From the NCBI GenBank assembly GCA_037130925.1, contig JBAXSC010000003.1, forward strand, positions 18,712 through 82,711: 64,000 nt of DNA. Direction: 5' to 3'. Source of the DNA: Candidatus Nomurabacteria bacterium. GTDB taxonomy: Bacteria; Patescibacteriota; Minisyncoccia; Phycocordibacterales; UBA5272. Below are positions 44,251-53,225 of this stretch, piece after piece (positions within the stretch are counted from its first letter, which is position 1; each line of letters starts with the position of its first letter). A program made the position numbers and the translations under genes. The notes below the pieces were generated by a model. That model had not been told where the DNA came from, searched no databases, and saw only the letters and a list, made by a program, of their open reading frames with translations.

Positions 44251-44811
44251 ATGTCTTTAGAAAGACCTGTAGAAATTAAAAAAGAAAAATTGGATGAGAT
44301 AGATTTTTCTGATTATTTAAATATAAAAGAAGATGAAAAGCAAAAATTAAAAGAATGGTTAGAAATAAGAGAAGAATTGCCAGATTATTTTTGGGACAAC
44401 ATAAAAGATATTTCTCCTGATAAAAATTTAAGATATATTATTTTAAATATAAAAAAAGAGTTAGATAGTATTTATAAAAACAAAAAAACAAACATTACGT
44501 CTTTATCAGTATCTAGATTTATAAGTTTAAATAATGCTTTAAATGAAGGTATGTATTCTTGCGGCATTGCTACCAAAATATATGGGACATGTTTTAGAAA
44601 ATTTAATATTCCCGTTAAATTTATTCATGGAAAAATTGATTCTAAAAAAGTTTTACATTCTTGGTTAGAAATTTATGATCCAAGAAATAAAAATTGGTTT
44701 GATTTTGACTCTACAAAAAATGATTTTAAATTATCAAATGAAGCTAGAAAAATAAACACCTATCATGATTGGGAAGAAATGAAAGATGATTTTTATAAAG
44801 GCAATATGTAA
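44251..44811 (+). CDS. Transglutaminase-like cysteine protease fold protein
   Basis: CGIATKIYGTCFR (Cys) ... HSWLEIYD (His) ... FDFD (Asp) spacing typical of the transglutaminase core. Confidence 0.55.
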   Translation: MSLERPVEIKKEKLDEIDFSDYLNIKEDEKQKLKEWLEIREELPDYFWDNIKDISPDKNLRYIILNIKKELDSIYKNKKTNITSLSVSRFISLNNALNEGMYSCGIATKIYGTCFRKFNIPVKFIHGKIDSKKVLHSWLEIYDPRNKNWFDFDSTKNDFKLSNEARKINTYHDWEEMKDDFYKGNM

Positions 44812-44839
44812 TTAAAATGTTATAATTGTAATTAAATAT

Positions 44840-46237
44840 ATGAAAGATTTTTTTAAAAAAAATGTTTTAGCTATCATAACTTTTCAAGCAAAATTTGTAC
44901 TCAAAAAAAATAATCCAACAATTATCGCCGTCACAGGCAATCTTGGTAAAACTTCTACAAAAGATTTTATTTACTGTGCTTTAAAAGATAATTTAGTTGA
45001 TAATAATGGAGAGACTTTAGTAATTTCAAGTAAGAAAAGTATGAATAGTGATTTTGGTATTCCTCTTACTATTTTAGAATTACCAAGCGGTTGGGATAAT
45101 CCAATTCTCTGGATAAAAATAATTTTCCAAGGATTTGTAAAAATGTTTGATAAAATGGTTTTTAAATATTTAGTTTTAGAAGTCGGTGCAGATACTCCTG
45201 GAGATATAAAAAAAGTTTGTAAATATATAAAGCCTGACATAACTATTGTGACAGGATTTGCTGAAGTGCCAGTACATATTGAATTTTTTGGTGGGGATAG
45301 AAATAGACTAGTAAGAGAAAAGAAATATTTGGTTGATAATCTAAAAGAAAGGGGAACTTTTATTTATAATCTTGACGATAAAGATTGTCAGAATATGGCA
45401 GAAGAATCAAAAAATAGAAATATTAATTTTAAATCATTTTCTATTAAAAATCCTGAAGCTGACATTTTTGCGGAAGATATAAATACTGATACTCATAAAA
45501 ATGAAAACAGTATTATAAAATTAGACGGTATTTCTGCTAATTTAAATCTTAAAAATAGTGAAATAAAAACTATTAATATTAAAATGCATAATGTGTTAGG
45601 TGATGCAATAATTTATTCTTTAATGCCTTCAATTTTAATATCTGAAATTTTAAATATCGATTTAGAAAAAGCTGTAAAAGATATTGAGAATTCAAAAAGA
45701 ACAAATGGAAGAATGAAAATTCTTGATGGTATATATAATTCTATTATTATAGATGACACTTATAACGCTTCTCCAAAAGCTGTTGTACACGGAATTGATA
45801 CTATTAAAAAAATAGAAGTTTCAAAGAAGAAAATATTTGTATTAGGAGATATGCTCGAGCTTGGTGATTTTACAAAAATTGAACATGAAAAAATAGGGGA
45901 GAAAGTGGTAGGGAATTGCGATATATTGATCACAAGCGGAATCAGGGCAAATATTATTGCGACTTCTGCTATAAAACACGGAATGTCTGGAGAAAATGTT
46001 TTTCCTATGAATAATAGTATTGAAGCAGGAAGAGAGCTCTTGAAAATTTTAGAAATAGAAACAGAAGAAGATTATAAAAAAGGAAAAACAGAAAAAGAAA
46101 TTGGTGGAAATTTAATTTTTATAAAAGGGTCACAAGGATCGAGAATGGAAAGGGTTGTAAAAATGATTCTCGCTGAAAATCATGATTCAAATGTTGATTT
46201 AGTCAGACAAGATAATATTTGGAGTCAAAAGAATTAA
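44840..46237 (+). CDS. murF: Mur ligase family, MurF-like
   Basis: IIAVTGNLGKTSTKDF P-loop, DDTYNASPKAV, C-terminal Mur ligase domain. Confidence 0.65.
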   Translation: MKDFFKKNVLAIITFQAKFVLKKNNPTIIAVTGNLGKTSTKDFIYCALKDNLVDNNGETLVISSKKSMNSDFGIPLTILELPSGWDNPILWIKIIFQGFVKMFDKMVFKYLVLEVGADTPGDIKKVCKYIKPDITIVTGFAEVPVHIEFFGGDRNRLVREKKYLVDNLKERGTFIYNLDDKDCQNMAEESKNRNINFKSFSIKNPEADIFAEDINTDTHKNENSIIKLDGISANLNLKNSEIKTINIKMHNVLGDAIIYSLMPSILISEILNIDLEKAVKDIENSKRTNGRMKILDGIYNSIIIDDTYNASPKAVVHGIDTIKKIEVSKKKIFVLGDMLELGDFTKIEHEKIGEKVVGNCDILITSGIRANIIATSAIKHGMSGENVFPMNNSIEAGRELLKILEIETEEDYKKGKTEKEIGGNLIFIKGSQGSRMERVVKMILAENHDSNVDLVRQDNIWSQKN

Positions 46238-46253
46238 TTTTCCACTTAATCTT

Positions 46254-46264
46254 TATGATATAAT
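46254..46264 (+). promoter_or_regulatory. Extended -10 promoter, TATGATATAAT
   Basis: 21 nt upstream of the ATG at 46286. Confidence 0.6.
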
Positions 46265-46285
46265 TTATTCATAATAATAAAATTT

Positions 46286-46612
46286 ATGAATCATTATATA
46301 AGCGCTTTTAAGAATTATTCCAAATTTACAGGACGTGCTAACAGGGAAGAGTTTTGGTATTTCATGTTATTTGATGCATTGATTATTGTAACTCTCCTAT
46401 TACTTATTATGGTTCATGGTCTTTTTTCTATTCCTTATCTGATATATGCTATCGGTGTATTAATTCCAAAATTAGCTATATTTGTTAGAAGACTTCATGA
46501 CATAAATAAAAGTGGTTGGTGGTTCTTTATTGTTTTAATTCCAATTGTCGGACCTATTTGGCTCTTAGTCTTGTTGTGTCTTCCAAGTGTTAATGAGGGA
46601 AATAAATACTAA
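46286..46612 (+). CDS. DUF805 family inner-membrane protein
   Basis: GRANREEFWYFMLF ... RRLHDINKSGWWFF signature. Confidence 0.75.
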   Translation: MNHYISAFKNYSKFTGRANREEFWYFMLFDALIIVTLLLLIMVHGLFSIPYLIYAIGVLIPKLAIFVRRLHDINKSGWWFFIVLIPIVGPIWLLVLLCLPSVNEGNKY

Positions 46613-46633
46613 TTAGATAAAAATAAAATTAAT

Positions 46634-46667
46634 AAAAAAACAGCCGCCCATAATTGGACGGCTTTTA
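46634..46667. terminator. Bidirectional terminator
   Basis: AGCCG / CGGCT plus CC / GG stem, A-run before and T-run after. Confidence 0.65.
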
Positions 46668-46687
46668 GTTGGTTAAAAAATTGGATA

Positions 46688-47002
46688 TTAATTATCTGCT
46701 AATACTGTAGCAGGCAGGACTCTTGCCGGATACTTTGGTATTCCGATAAGTCTCACATAACTTATACCTTGTACATTTACTACTTCATTTTCATGTCTAA
46801 GACATTTTGGCTGCAGTGAATCAGCGTCTAATTCAATATACACATTTTCTTTTCTGACAAAAAAACTAGAATCAGATTTGTATTTCTTTTTCATTTCTAG
46901 TACTGTGCCGTTGCTTAATACCACTTTTGTAGTATTTGAATAACAAGAACTAAAAAATACTGACATTGAAATACTAACAAAAAGAACTCTCGAAAACCTC
47001 AT
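46688..47002 (-). CDS. Putative lipoprotein
   Basis: Signal peptide with lipobox-like VFFSSC. Confidence 0.45.
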   Translation of the reverse strand: MRFSRVLFVSISMSVFFSSCYSNTTKVVLSNGTVLEMKKKYKSDSSFFVRKENVYIELDADSLQPKCLRHENEVVNVQGISYVRLIGIPKYPARVLPATVLADN

Positions 47003-47181
47003 AAAACTTTGTTTAAAAATTTAAAAAATAGATTAAAACGATTCATAATATAGCACTTTTTTAGATAAAAGTCAATTATAGGATCTGTGGAAAATTGCTA
47101 ATATATTTGATTTGTGTTATATATAAAGAAATTAAAATCAAATAATGTCAATAAAAAGATTGATTTTTAACTATAATTAAT

Positions 47182-48207
47182 ATGAATGATACTTATAAAA
47201 TAAAACTTTCCTTTATAAAAGGTCTAAAAGAAATAGTTTTGAAAGAAATTGCTGAGAAAACTAATTTTCAGGTTTTAGACGTGCAAGATGAATGTGTTTA
47301 TCTTATTTTTGATGTAAATTTTCAAAAATTATTAATATTAAGAAGTGTTAATTATATAAGCCTTGTAATAGATAATAAAAATCTTAATCCTTTGTATTTA
47401 TCAAATCGTAAATCAATCTTAAAAGATATGATTGATATAGTACTTAATAAAAAGCTGGATAAATTTTCTAAATTCAAAATATCTTGTGCTGGATCTATTT
47501 CTCCAGAAGTGAGAAGTATTGTTAGGTATATAGAGCAAGAATATAAAATGACTGAGAATGTTGATGCTGATTTAAAAATAGCTATAGCGAAGATAGGAGA
47601 CGAATGGGAAGTTTCTGTACAAATTTCAAAAAGACCTATCTCTGTTAGAAATTATAAAGTTGGAAATATGGCTGGCGCAATGGATCCAACAGTTGCTTTT
47701 GCTTTAAATGAATATTGTGAATTAAAAGATAAAAAGACCTATTTGAATGCTTTTTCTGGAAGTGGAACTTTATTGATAGAAGCAGGACTCGCTTATCATA
47801 ATTTAGAAAATATGATCGGTTTTGATAATAATAAAAAGCATTTATCTCTTTCATATAGAAATATTAATCAAGCAGGACTTATAAAAAGAATTAACTTAAA
47901 AGAAGAAAATATTTATAATCAACCAGATCTCGGTAAATTTGATGTGATAGTAGCTGATCTGCCATTTGGAATGGTCATTTCTAAAAGTGAAGATTTAGGA
48001 AATCTTTATAAATCTTTCTTAGAATATTCAATGAAATTTTTGAATCAAGACGGAGTATTAGGTGTATATACTAGCGAACATAAACTATTCAAAAGTGTAA
48101 TGGATTTTTCAAAATGGGAAATTGTAAAAGAGGTAGAGCTTAAACTAGTGACAAGTGTTGACTCTTATTTATATCCAAAAATAATGATTTTGAAGAAAAA
48201 AGGTTAA
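47182..48207 (+). CDS. THUMP-domain RNA methyltransferase (UPF0020 family)
   Basis: DPTVAFALNEYCEL ... LNAFSGSGTLLIEAG (SAM motif I), VIVADLPFG (motif IV). Confidence 0.7.
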   Translation: MNDTYKIKLSFIKGLKEIVLKEIAEKTNFQVLDVQDECVYLIFDVNFQKLLILRSVNYISLVIDNKNLNPLYLSNRKSILKDMIDIVLNKKLDKFSKFKISCAGSISPEVRSIVRYIEQEYKMTENVDADLKIAIAKIGDEWEVSVQISKRPISVRNYKVGNMAGAMDPTVAFALNEYCELKDKKTYLNAFSGSGTLLIEAGLAYHNLENMIGFDNNKKHLSLSYRNINQAGLIKRINLKEENIYNQPDLGKFDVIVADLPFGMVISKSEDLGNLYKSFLEYSMKFLNQDGVLGVYTSEHKLFKSVMDFSKWEIVKEVELKLVTSVDSYLYPKIMILKKKG

Positions 48208-48333
48208 ATAACCAGATATAACAAACTTAGTTTTTTGATTTAATTAAGGCTAGCAGCTCTATCTCCTAGAAGGGTCGTGAATTTTGAATTTAAAAAACTA
48301 TTATAAAACAATGCTTCTCGTGATACCATTTGA

Positions 48334-48408
48334 TGGTGACCCTACAGAGAATCGAACTCTGCTTTTATCCTTGAGAAGGATACGTCCTGACCGATAGACG
48401 ATAGGGCC
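48334..48408 (-). tRNA. tRNA-Glu (anticodon CUC)
   Basis: Minus strand: GGCCCTA-TC-GTCT-ATCGGTCA-GGAC-G-TATCC-TTCTCAA-GGATA-AAAG-CAGAG-TTCGATT-CTCTG-TAGGGTC-A-CCA. Confidence 0.85.
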
Positions 48409-48435
48409 TAAAATCTGCCTTTTTCAGATATTCTA

Positions 48436-48463
48436 ATATTAGCACATTTTTTAATAAAGTCAA
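48436..48463 (-). promoter_or_regulatory. Promoter of tRNA-Glu
   Basis: Minus strand reads TTGACT, 16-nt spacer, TGcTAATAT; the -10 ends about 27 nt before the tRNA 5' end. Confidence 0.5.
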
Positions 48464-48532
48464 AATATTCTTATTTTATAAGGGTTTGTTATAATATCGA
48501 TTTGACAGTTATAAAAAAGCATTGCAGGGTAC

Positions 48533-48561
48533 TTGACTTTTTGATTTGAATTTGCTAACAT
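48533..48561 (+). promoter_or_regulatory. Sigma70-type promoter
   Basis: TTGACT (48533-48538), 17-nt spacer, TGcTAACAT (-10 at 48556-48561). Confidence 0.55.
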
Positions 48562-48649
48562 ATTCACATATGAGCAGCTAAGCTCATTTTTCGTTTCTAT
48601 ACGGAATATATACAGATATGGACAGTTGGCGGAGCTAAACCGCAATGTT

Positions 48650-49234
48650 ATGAAAAATAAACTACAAAATACTCTACTCGTCTCAGCATTTATCCCAATA
48701 CTTGCTTTGTCGACATTAGGGTTAAATATCGTCTCTGATAGTTCAAGTACTTCTAATAACGTAATTGAATCAAAGGGGACAAAGACTGATCAAGACAGTG
48801 GGAATGTTATCAGACAGGAAAAGGCAGATAAAATCAATGCTTATTTCCAAAGTAAATCAACTCCATTAGCAGGACACGGAATGCAATTTGTGCTTGTTGC
48901 GGAGAAATATGGTTTACCTTATAATCTTTTGCCAGCTATCGCTATGCGTGAGTCTACTGGTGGTAAATTCTCTTATAACAATAATCCGTTTGGATGGGGT
49001 TCAGCAAAGATAAAATTCTCGAATTTCGATGATGCGATTGAAACTGTAGGTAAGAATCTTGGTGGTGCGAACTCAAAGACATCAAGTTATTACTCAACTC
49101 CAAGTATTAAAACTAAGCTTTGGTATTATAATGGTTCGGTCATAAAAGGTTATGAAGACCAAGTTATGGGAATCATGGATACTATTGATAGTACAGATAC
49201 AGGAAAAGTGGCAACATTAGCTGATAATTCTTAA
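48650..49234 (+). CDS. Secreted glucosaminidase (GH73)-like peptidoglycan hydrolase
   Basis: First ATG at 48650 (the track start is TTG). Signal/anchor. PLAGHGMQFVLVAEKYGLPYNLLPAIAMRESTGGK...NPFGWG. Paralogue of 29533-30036. Confidence 0.45.
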   Translation: MKNKLQNTLLVSAFIPILALSTLGLNIVSDSSSTSNNVIESKGTKTDQDSGNVIRQEKADKINAYFQSKSTPLAGHGMQFVLVAEKYGLPYNLLPAIAMRESTGGKFSYNNNPFGWGSAKIKFSNFDDAIETVGKNLGGANSKTSSYYSTPSIKTKLWYYNGSVIKGYEDQVMGIMDTIDSTDTGKVATLADNS

Positions 49235-49242
49235 TAAAAAAT

Positions 49243-49272
49243 AAAAAGCTCGTAGCAATACGAGCTTTTTAT
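49243..49272. terminator. Bidirectional terminator
   Basis: AAAAGCTCGTA-GCAA-TACGAGCTTTT. Confidence 0.85.
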
Positions 49273-49286
49273 TTTATTTAATTATC

Positions 49287-49595
49287 TTAATTTTTATCAT
49301 CTAATCTCTTAATAGGGGATTTAATGAATACAAAATAAACAACTATTAATATTGCAATGAAATTAATAGTTTCAGAAAGCAAATCTCCATATCTGAAAGT
49401 TATATTTGTATTTTCCATAGTAAAGCTCATATTTTGTATATTTCCGTTTTGTCCAAAGAAATAACTTATCACAGGACTGACAATGTCACCAACTACTGCT
49501 TTTACGAAAGCTTGAAATTCATACCCTATAATAATACCGACTGCTGCACCGATAACACCTTTTTCTTTTAAAAATTTTCCAAGTTCTTTAACCAT
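49287..49595 (-). CDS. mscL: Large-conductance mechanosensitive channel
   Basis: GVIGAAVGIIIGYEFQAFVKAVVGDIVSPVI TM1 signature; 102 aa. Confidence 0.7.
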   Translation of the reverse strand: MVKELGKFLKEKGVIGAAVGIIIGYEFQAFVKAVVGDIVSPVISYFFGQNGNIQNMSFTMENTNITFRYGDLLSETINFIAILIVVYFVFIKSPIKRLDDKN

Positions 49596-49744
49596 ATTTA
49601 TATTATTTATATTTAGGCATTATACCATTTACTTGTGTATAAATAAAAATATTAGAATTTCAGAAAAATCTTTTTTTATGTTAAAATATTTGTCATTAGG
49701 GACGTGGTAAATAATGTTTTCTAAGAATTTAGTTTAATATATAT

Positions 49745-49834
49745 GGAGACGTGTCAGAGTGGTCTAACGTACCTCTTTGCTAAAGAGGCAGGGTGTCAAA
49801 GCCCTCGGAGGTTCGAATCCTCTCGTCTCCGCCA
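49745..49834 (+). tRNA. tRNA-Ser (anticodon GCU), type II, CCA encoded
   Basis: GGAGACG ... CCTCT-TTGCTAA-AGAGG, long variable arm, GGAGG-TTCGAAT-CCTCT, CGTCTCC-G-CCA; the D-stem is weak (only 1 of 3 Watson-Crick pairs by my fold). Confidence 0.8.
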
Positions 49835-49849
49835 CGTTTTTTAATAAAA

Positions 49850-49936
49850 GGAGAATTGGATGAGTGGCTTAAATCAGCGGTTTACTAAACCGCCGAACCT
49901 TTACCGGTTCCGTGAGTTCGAATCTCACATTCTCCG
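49850..49936 (+). tRNA. Type II Ser-like tRNA with anticodon ACU
   Basis: GGAGAAT-TG-GAT-GAGTGGCTTAA-ATC-A-GCGGT-TTACTAA-ACCGC, variable arm GAACC/GGTTC, GTGAG-TTCGAAT-CTCAC, ATTCTCC-G. Anticodon at 49884-49886. No encoded CCA. Confidence 0.7.
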
Positions 49937-49943
49937 CAAAAAT

Positions 49944-49976
49944 AAAAAATCTCATTTGATTATGAGATTTTTTATT
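49944..49976. terminator. Bidirectional terminator
   Basis: AAAAATCTCAT / ATGAGATTTTT hairpin after the tRNA pair. Confidence 0.8.
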
Positions 49977-49985
49977 TTATAAAAT

Positions 49986-50432
49986 TTATCTCGAAACCAA
50001 ATACCAAACTATCATAGCGAGAGATCCCCACCATCCGAGATCAGAAAAAATCAAACTAACCATTATTTTATTTTGCCATTTTTGTGGTAAAAGCTCCGCT
50101 TGTTTTCCTTCTTTCTCTCTTTCGAGCATATATGGACTCACAGAAAATGAAAGGAAGAATCCGTTTATTATAAGTACTAAAGAAATTATTGTTAAATACA
50201 TTAATATTCCAGAGAAAGAATGATCTCTAAAGAAAATATTTTCACCGATAACCACAAGAAAAATACCAACCCAAATCATAGGTTTTGTCACTTTGTGTGT
50301 TCGTGTAGTCGCTTCAGTCCAATATTTAGATTTTCTTCCCAAGAATCCATGAAGATCAATCACAGTCACAGCACCGAGTCCGATAATAAATCCAGCAAAA
50401 AGTAAAAATAGTCCAATAAAATTTAATATCAT
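49986..50432 (-). CDS. Membrane protein (4 TM)
   Basis: 148 aa with four hydrophobic helices; no named motif. Confidence 0.45.
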   Translation of the reverse strand: MILNFIGLFLLFAGFIIGLGAVTVIDLHGFLGRKSKYWTEATTRTHKVTKPMIWVGIFLVVIGENIFFRDHSFSGILMYLTIISLVLIINGFFLSFSVSPYMLEREKEGKQAELLPQKWQNKIMVSLIFSDLGWWGSLAMIVWYLVSR

Positions 50433-50512
50433 ATATTTAATAGTTTAATAAATTTATTATATCACTAGTATATTCTTATTTTTTTTAATAATAATTTCTA
50501 TTTAAATCTAAC

Positions 50513-50541
50513 TTGACAACATATTTAGATTATGCTATGAT
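50513..50541 (+). promoter_or_regulatory. Sigma70-type promoter
   Basis: TTGACA, 17-nt spacer, TGcTATGAT. Confidence 0.65.
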
Positions 50542-50629
50542 ATATATAGCTTAAATAAAAAGCACTTTGTAATTAATTAACATAAAAACTCGGGGACAGG
50601 TGGAGAAATCCGGCTGAACACAAATAAAA

Positions 50630-51412
50630 GTGAGAAAAATAATTTTAATTTTGATTTCAGTTTTCTTTTTCTTTTCTTGCAATAATGAAAAGAAGGAAGA
50701 AAAAAAGTTAGCTATTAAAATGGATTCTCGTGAACAAATCGGAATAGATATCCATGATGGTCATGGGGTAATCGACTTTGATATTGTTAAACAAGATCCG
50801 ATTTATAAAGTTACTTTCGTCCTTACGAGATTAACAATGGGTAAAAATAGGAACGACATCGTTTCTATGTTTAATTTTAACGGTGCTCGTAAGGCTGACA
50901 TGCAAGTTGGTGCTTATCATTTTTTTGATTTAAAAGAAGACGGAGTTATTCAAGCTACAAACTATTTGAACATCCTCTCTACTATTGTTAAATCAGATTT
51001 TCCTCCGATTGTAGATATTGAAATATTTAAGAAGCATATTGAAAAAGAATATGTAACTGTAAATAAAAAAATAACTAAAAAAGGAAAAAAGGGTCATATC
51101 ATTCATATGATTAAAAAATCAAAAGAAATTAAGTATGTAACACATCCGACTGTATCAGAAGTGAAGTCATCTATCGTTGAATTAAAAAGATTTTTAAATG
51201 TTGTTGAAAAGAAAACAGGACAAAAGGCTATGATTTATAGTAGTGCTGACTTTTTTGACCAATATTTGAATGGTTTTGATAATCCTCGATGGGTTGCGGC
51301 TGTATCTCGGCCAACTTCTGAGGTAAAAGGAACTTTGCATCAGTTTTCTCAGACCTTGCACATAAAAGGCATTAAAGGATATGTCGATGGTAATCGATTT
51401 ATTATCCAATAA
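50630..51412 (+). CDS. GH25 muramidase (lysozyme) lipoprotein
   Basis: GTG start; lipobox FFFFSC; GIDIHDGHGVIDFDIV ... FVLTRLTMG ... VGAYHFF. Confidence 0.7.
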   Translation: MRKIILILISVFFFFSCNNEKKEEKKLAIKMDSREQIGIDIHDGHGVIDFDIVKQDPIYKVTFVLTRLTMGKNRNDIVSMFNFNGARKADMQVGAYHFFDLKEDGVIQATNYLNILSTIVKSDFPPIVDIEIFKKHIEKEYVTVNKKITKKGKKGHIIHMIKKSKEIKYVTHPTVSEVKSSIVELKRFLNVVEKKTGQKAMIYSSADFFDQYLNGFDNPRWVAAVSRPTSEVKGTLHQFSQTLHIKGIKGYVDGNRFIIQ

Positions 51413-51439
51413 AGATTATTTAAGTAATTAATAATCTTT

Positions 51440-51471
51440 AAAAAGCAGATTTTTTTAAATCTGCTTTTTTA
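51440..51471 (+). terminator. Intrinsic terminator
   Basis: AAAAGCAGATTT / AAATCTGCTTTT followed by a T-run. Confidence 0.8.
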
Positions 51472-51497
51472 TTTTATCTTGTGTTAAAATTATTATT

Positions 51498-51860
51498 ATG
51501 AATGAGATAAATAATACAATTTACGAATTAGAAATATCACTTTTAAATCCAGAAGTGAGAAGTTCTACTGAAATACTTAATAATTTATTAGTAGATGATT
51601 TTAAAGAATTTGGAAGCTCTGGATTAATTTATAATAAGCAAGATGTTTTAGAAAGATTACCATCAGATATAAATAAGACTGAATATACTGTGAGTGATTT
51701 TGAAATTAAAATATTATCAGAAGACATAATTATGACAAATTTTAAGACAGAAAAAGTTGTAAATGATACAGAAAGTTTTTCTTCTCTTAGGACTTCACTT
51801 TGGAGAAAAGAAGGGGAATCGTGGAAAATATTTTTCCATCAAGGAACTTTGATAAAATAA
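51498..51860 (+). CDS. DUF4440 / SnoaL-like (NTF2 fold) protein
   Basis: 120 aa; C-terminal WRKEGESWKIFFHQGT pattern. Confidence 0.5.
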   Translation: MNEINNTIYELEISLLNPEVRSSTEILNNLLVDDFKEFGSSGLIYNKQDVLERLPSDINKTEYTVSDFEIKILSEDIIMTNFKTEKVVNDTESFSSLRTSLWRKEGESWKIFFHQGTLIK

Positions 51861-51864
51861 AATT

Positions 51865-52491
51865 ATGGAAAATGAAAAAGTATTTATATCAATTACATTG
51901 ATTCCTGAAGAGAAAATAGAGAATTTGGTTTTAAAAATTAATGAAGATTTAAGTGAAAAGTTTTCAATAAACAAACCAGATTCTAATAAAGAATACGCTC
52001 ATATTTCTCTATATAATGCTAATTTTCCGTCTCATAATAGACTTTTAATTGAAAATATTATAGAAGATATTTCAAAATCTTTTTCGAATATTGAATTAGT
52101 TCCTGAATATATAAATTCCAAATCAAGATTTATTTCTATTGTCTTTCATAAAACTGAGATAATTGAAAATTTACAAAATAAAATTATTGAAATGTTAAAT
52201 CCTTTAAGAGAAGGTTTGCTTCAAAGTGAATATACAGAAAAAACAGAATCTTATTCAGAGAAAGAATTATTTTTAGTAAAAATGTATGGATACCCTTTTT
52301 GTAAAGAAGAATTTACACCTCACATGACTTTAGTAGAGCTTAATGATATTGAAGATACTTCTTCTATATTGAAAGAAATTGTTTGGAATAAAAATGTATC
52401 TATCGATAAAATAAGTATGAGAATTATTTCTAAAAATGAAATTGGAGAAAAGGTTGTAAAAACAATTTTATTTAAATTGAAATCTATATAG
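51865..52491 (+). CDS. 2H phosphoesterase superfamily (LigT-like) protein
   Basis: Two HxS/T motifs: AHISLY and PHMTLV. Confidence 0.6.
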   Translation: MENEKVFISITLIPEEKIENLVLKINEDLSEKFSINKPDSNKEYAHISLYNANFPSHNRLLIENIIEDISKSFSNIELVPEYINSKSRFISIVFHKTEIIENLQNKIIEMLNPLREGLLQSEYTEKTESYSEKELFLVKMYGYPFCKEEFTPHMTLVELNDIEDTSSILKEIVWNKNVSIDKISMRIISKNEIGEKVVKTILFKLKSI

Positions 52492-52510
52492 TAATGTTTT
52501 AAAATTGGGC

Positions 52511-52516
52511 TATAAT
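52511..52516 (+). promoter_or_regulatory. -10 box giving a leaderless mRNA
   Basis: TATAAT ends 6 nt before the ATG at 52523. Confidence 0.45.
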
Positions 52517-52522
52517 AAATAT

Positions 52523-53158
52523 ATGAAAAAATATATCCGTGAGATTGTTTTACTGGTTTTAGTATTAGTTTTTTGTATTTCTGTTTTTATTTATTTTAAT
52601 AAAAATACACAGCAAATTGTAAATAATGAAAATAATACTGTGATTAAAAATCCTGTAGATCAGAATTCAAATTTATTTAAAGATGAGAAAATTGGATTTT
52701 CTGTTTTAGTACCAAAAGATTATAAAATAGATGAAAATTATTCTTATCAAGCTCTCGGTCCAGGAAAAGAAATATCAGGGACAAAATTTACTATTCCATT
52801 ATCTATGGTAACAGGTACGAATCTTGGGCAGGATACTTATTTAAGTATTGAAAATATTCCAAATTTAAAAACTTGTTCAGCGAAAAACTTTTTAGATCAA
52901 CAGATTTCTATAAAAGAAAATATTTTAGAAAAGAATGGATTAAAATATTCTGTCGCATCTTCATCTGATGCTGGAGCAGGAAATAGATATGATGAAGTTG
53001 TTTATTCTGTTTTAGAAAAAAATAAATGTATAGCAGTGAGATATTTTATACATTATAGTGTTTTTGAAAATTATCCAGCTGGGTCTGTAAAAGAATTTAA
53101 TGAGTCAGATTTAATAAACAAATTCGATAAAATTAGACAAACTTTGATTGTAAATTAA
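52523..53158 (+). CDS. Membrane-anchored hypothetical protein
   Basis: Start moved to the ATG at 52523 (MKKYIREIVLLVLVLVFCISVFIYF anchor). Confidence 0.45.
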   Translation: MKKYIREIVLLVLVLVFCISVFIYFNKNTQQIVNNENNTVIKNPVDQNSNLFKDEKIGFSVLVPKDYKIDENYSYQALGPGKEISGTKFTIPLSMVTGTNLGQDTYLSIENIPNLKTCSAKNFLDQQISIKENILEKNGLKYSVASSSDAGAGNRYDEVVYSVLEKNKCIAVRYFIHYSVFENYPAGSVKEFNESDLINKFDKIRQTLIVN

Positions 53159-53210
53159 AAGATTTAAGGAAAAATAAGGCTTTTTTGATTTTGTTAATAG
53201 GTGTGTTTCG

Positions 53211-53219
53211 TGATAATAT
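53211..53219 (+). promoter_or_regulatory. Extended -10 promoter giving leaderless mreB
   Basis: TGATAATAT; the -10 ends 6 nt before the ATG at 53226. Confidence 0.55.
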
Positions 53220-53225
53220 ATATCA

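Noticed and set aside
48460-48645. Minus-strand 61-aa ORF between tRNA-Glu and the GH73-like gene
   Set aside because: It covers the promoter and leader region of both flanking genes and has no coding signal.
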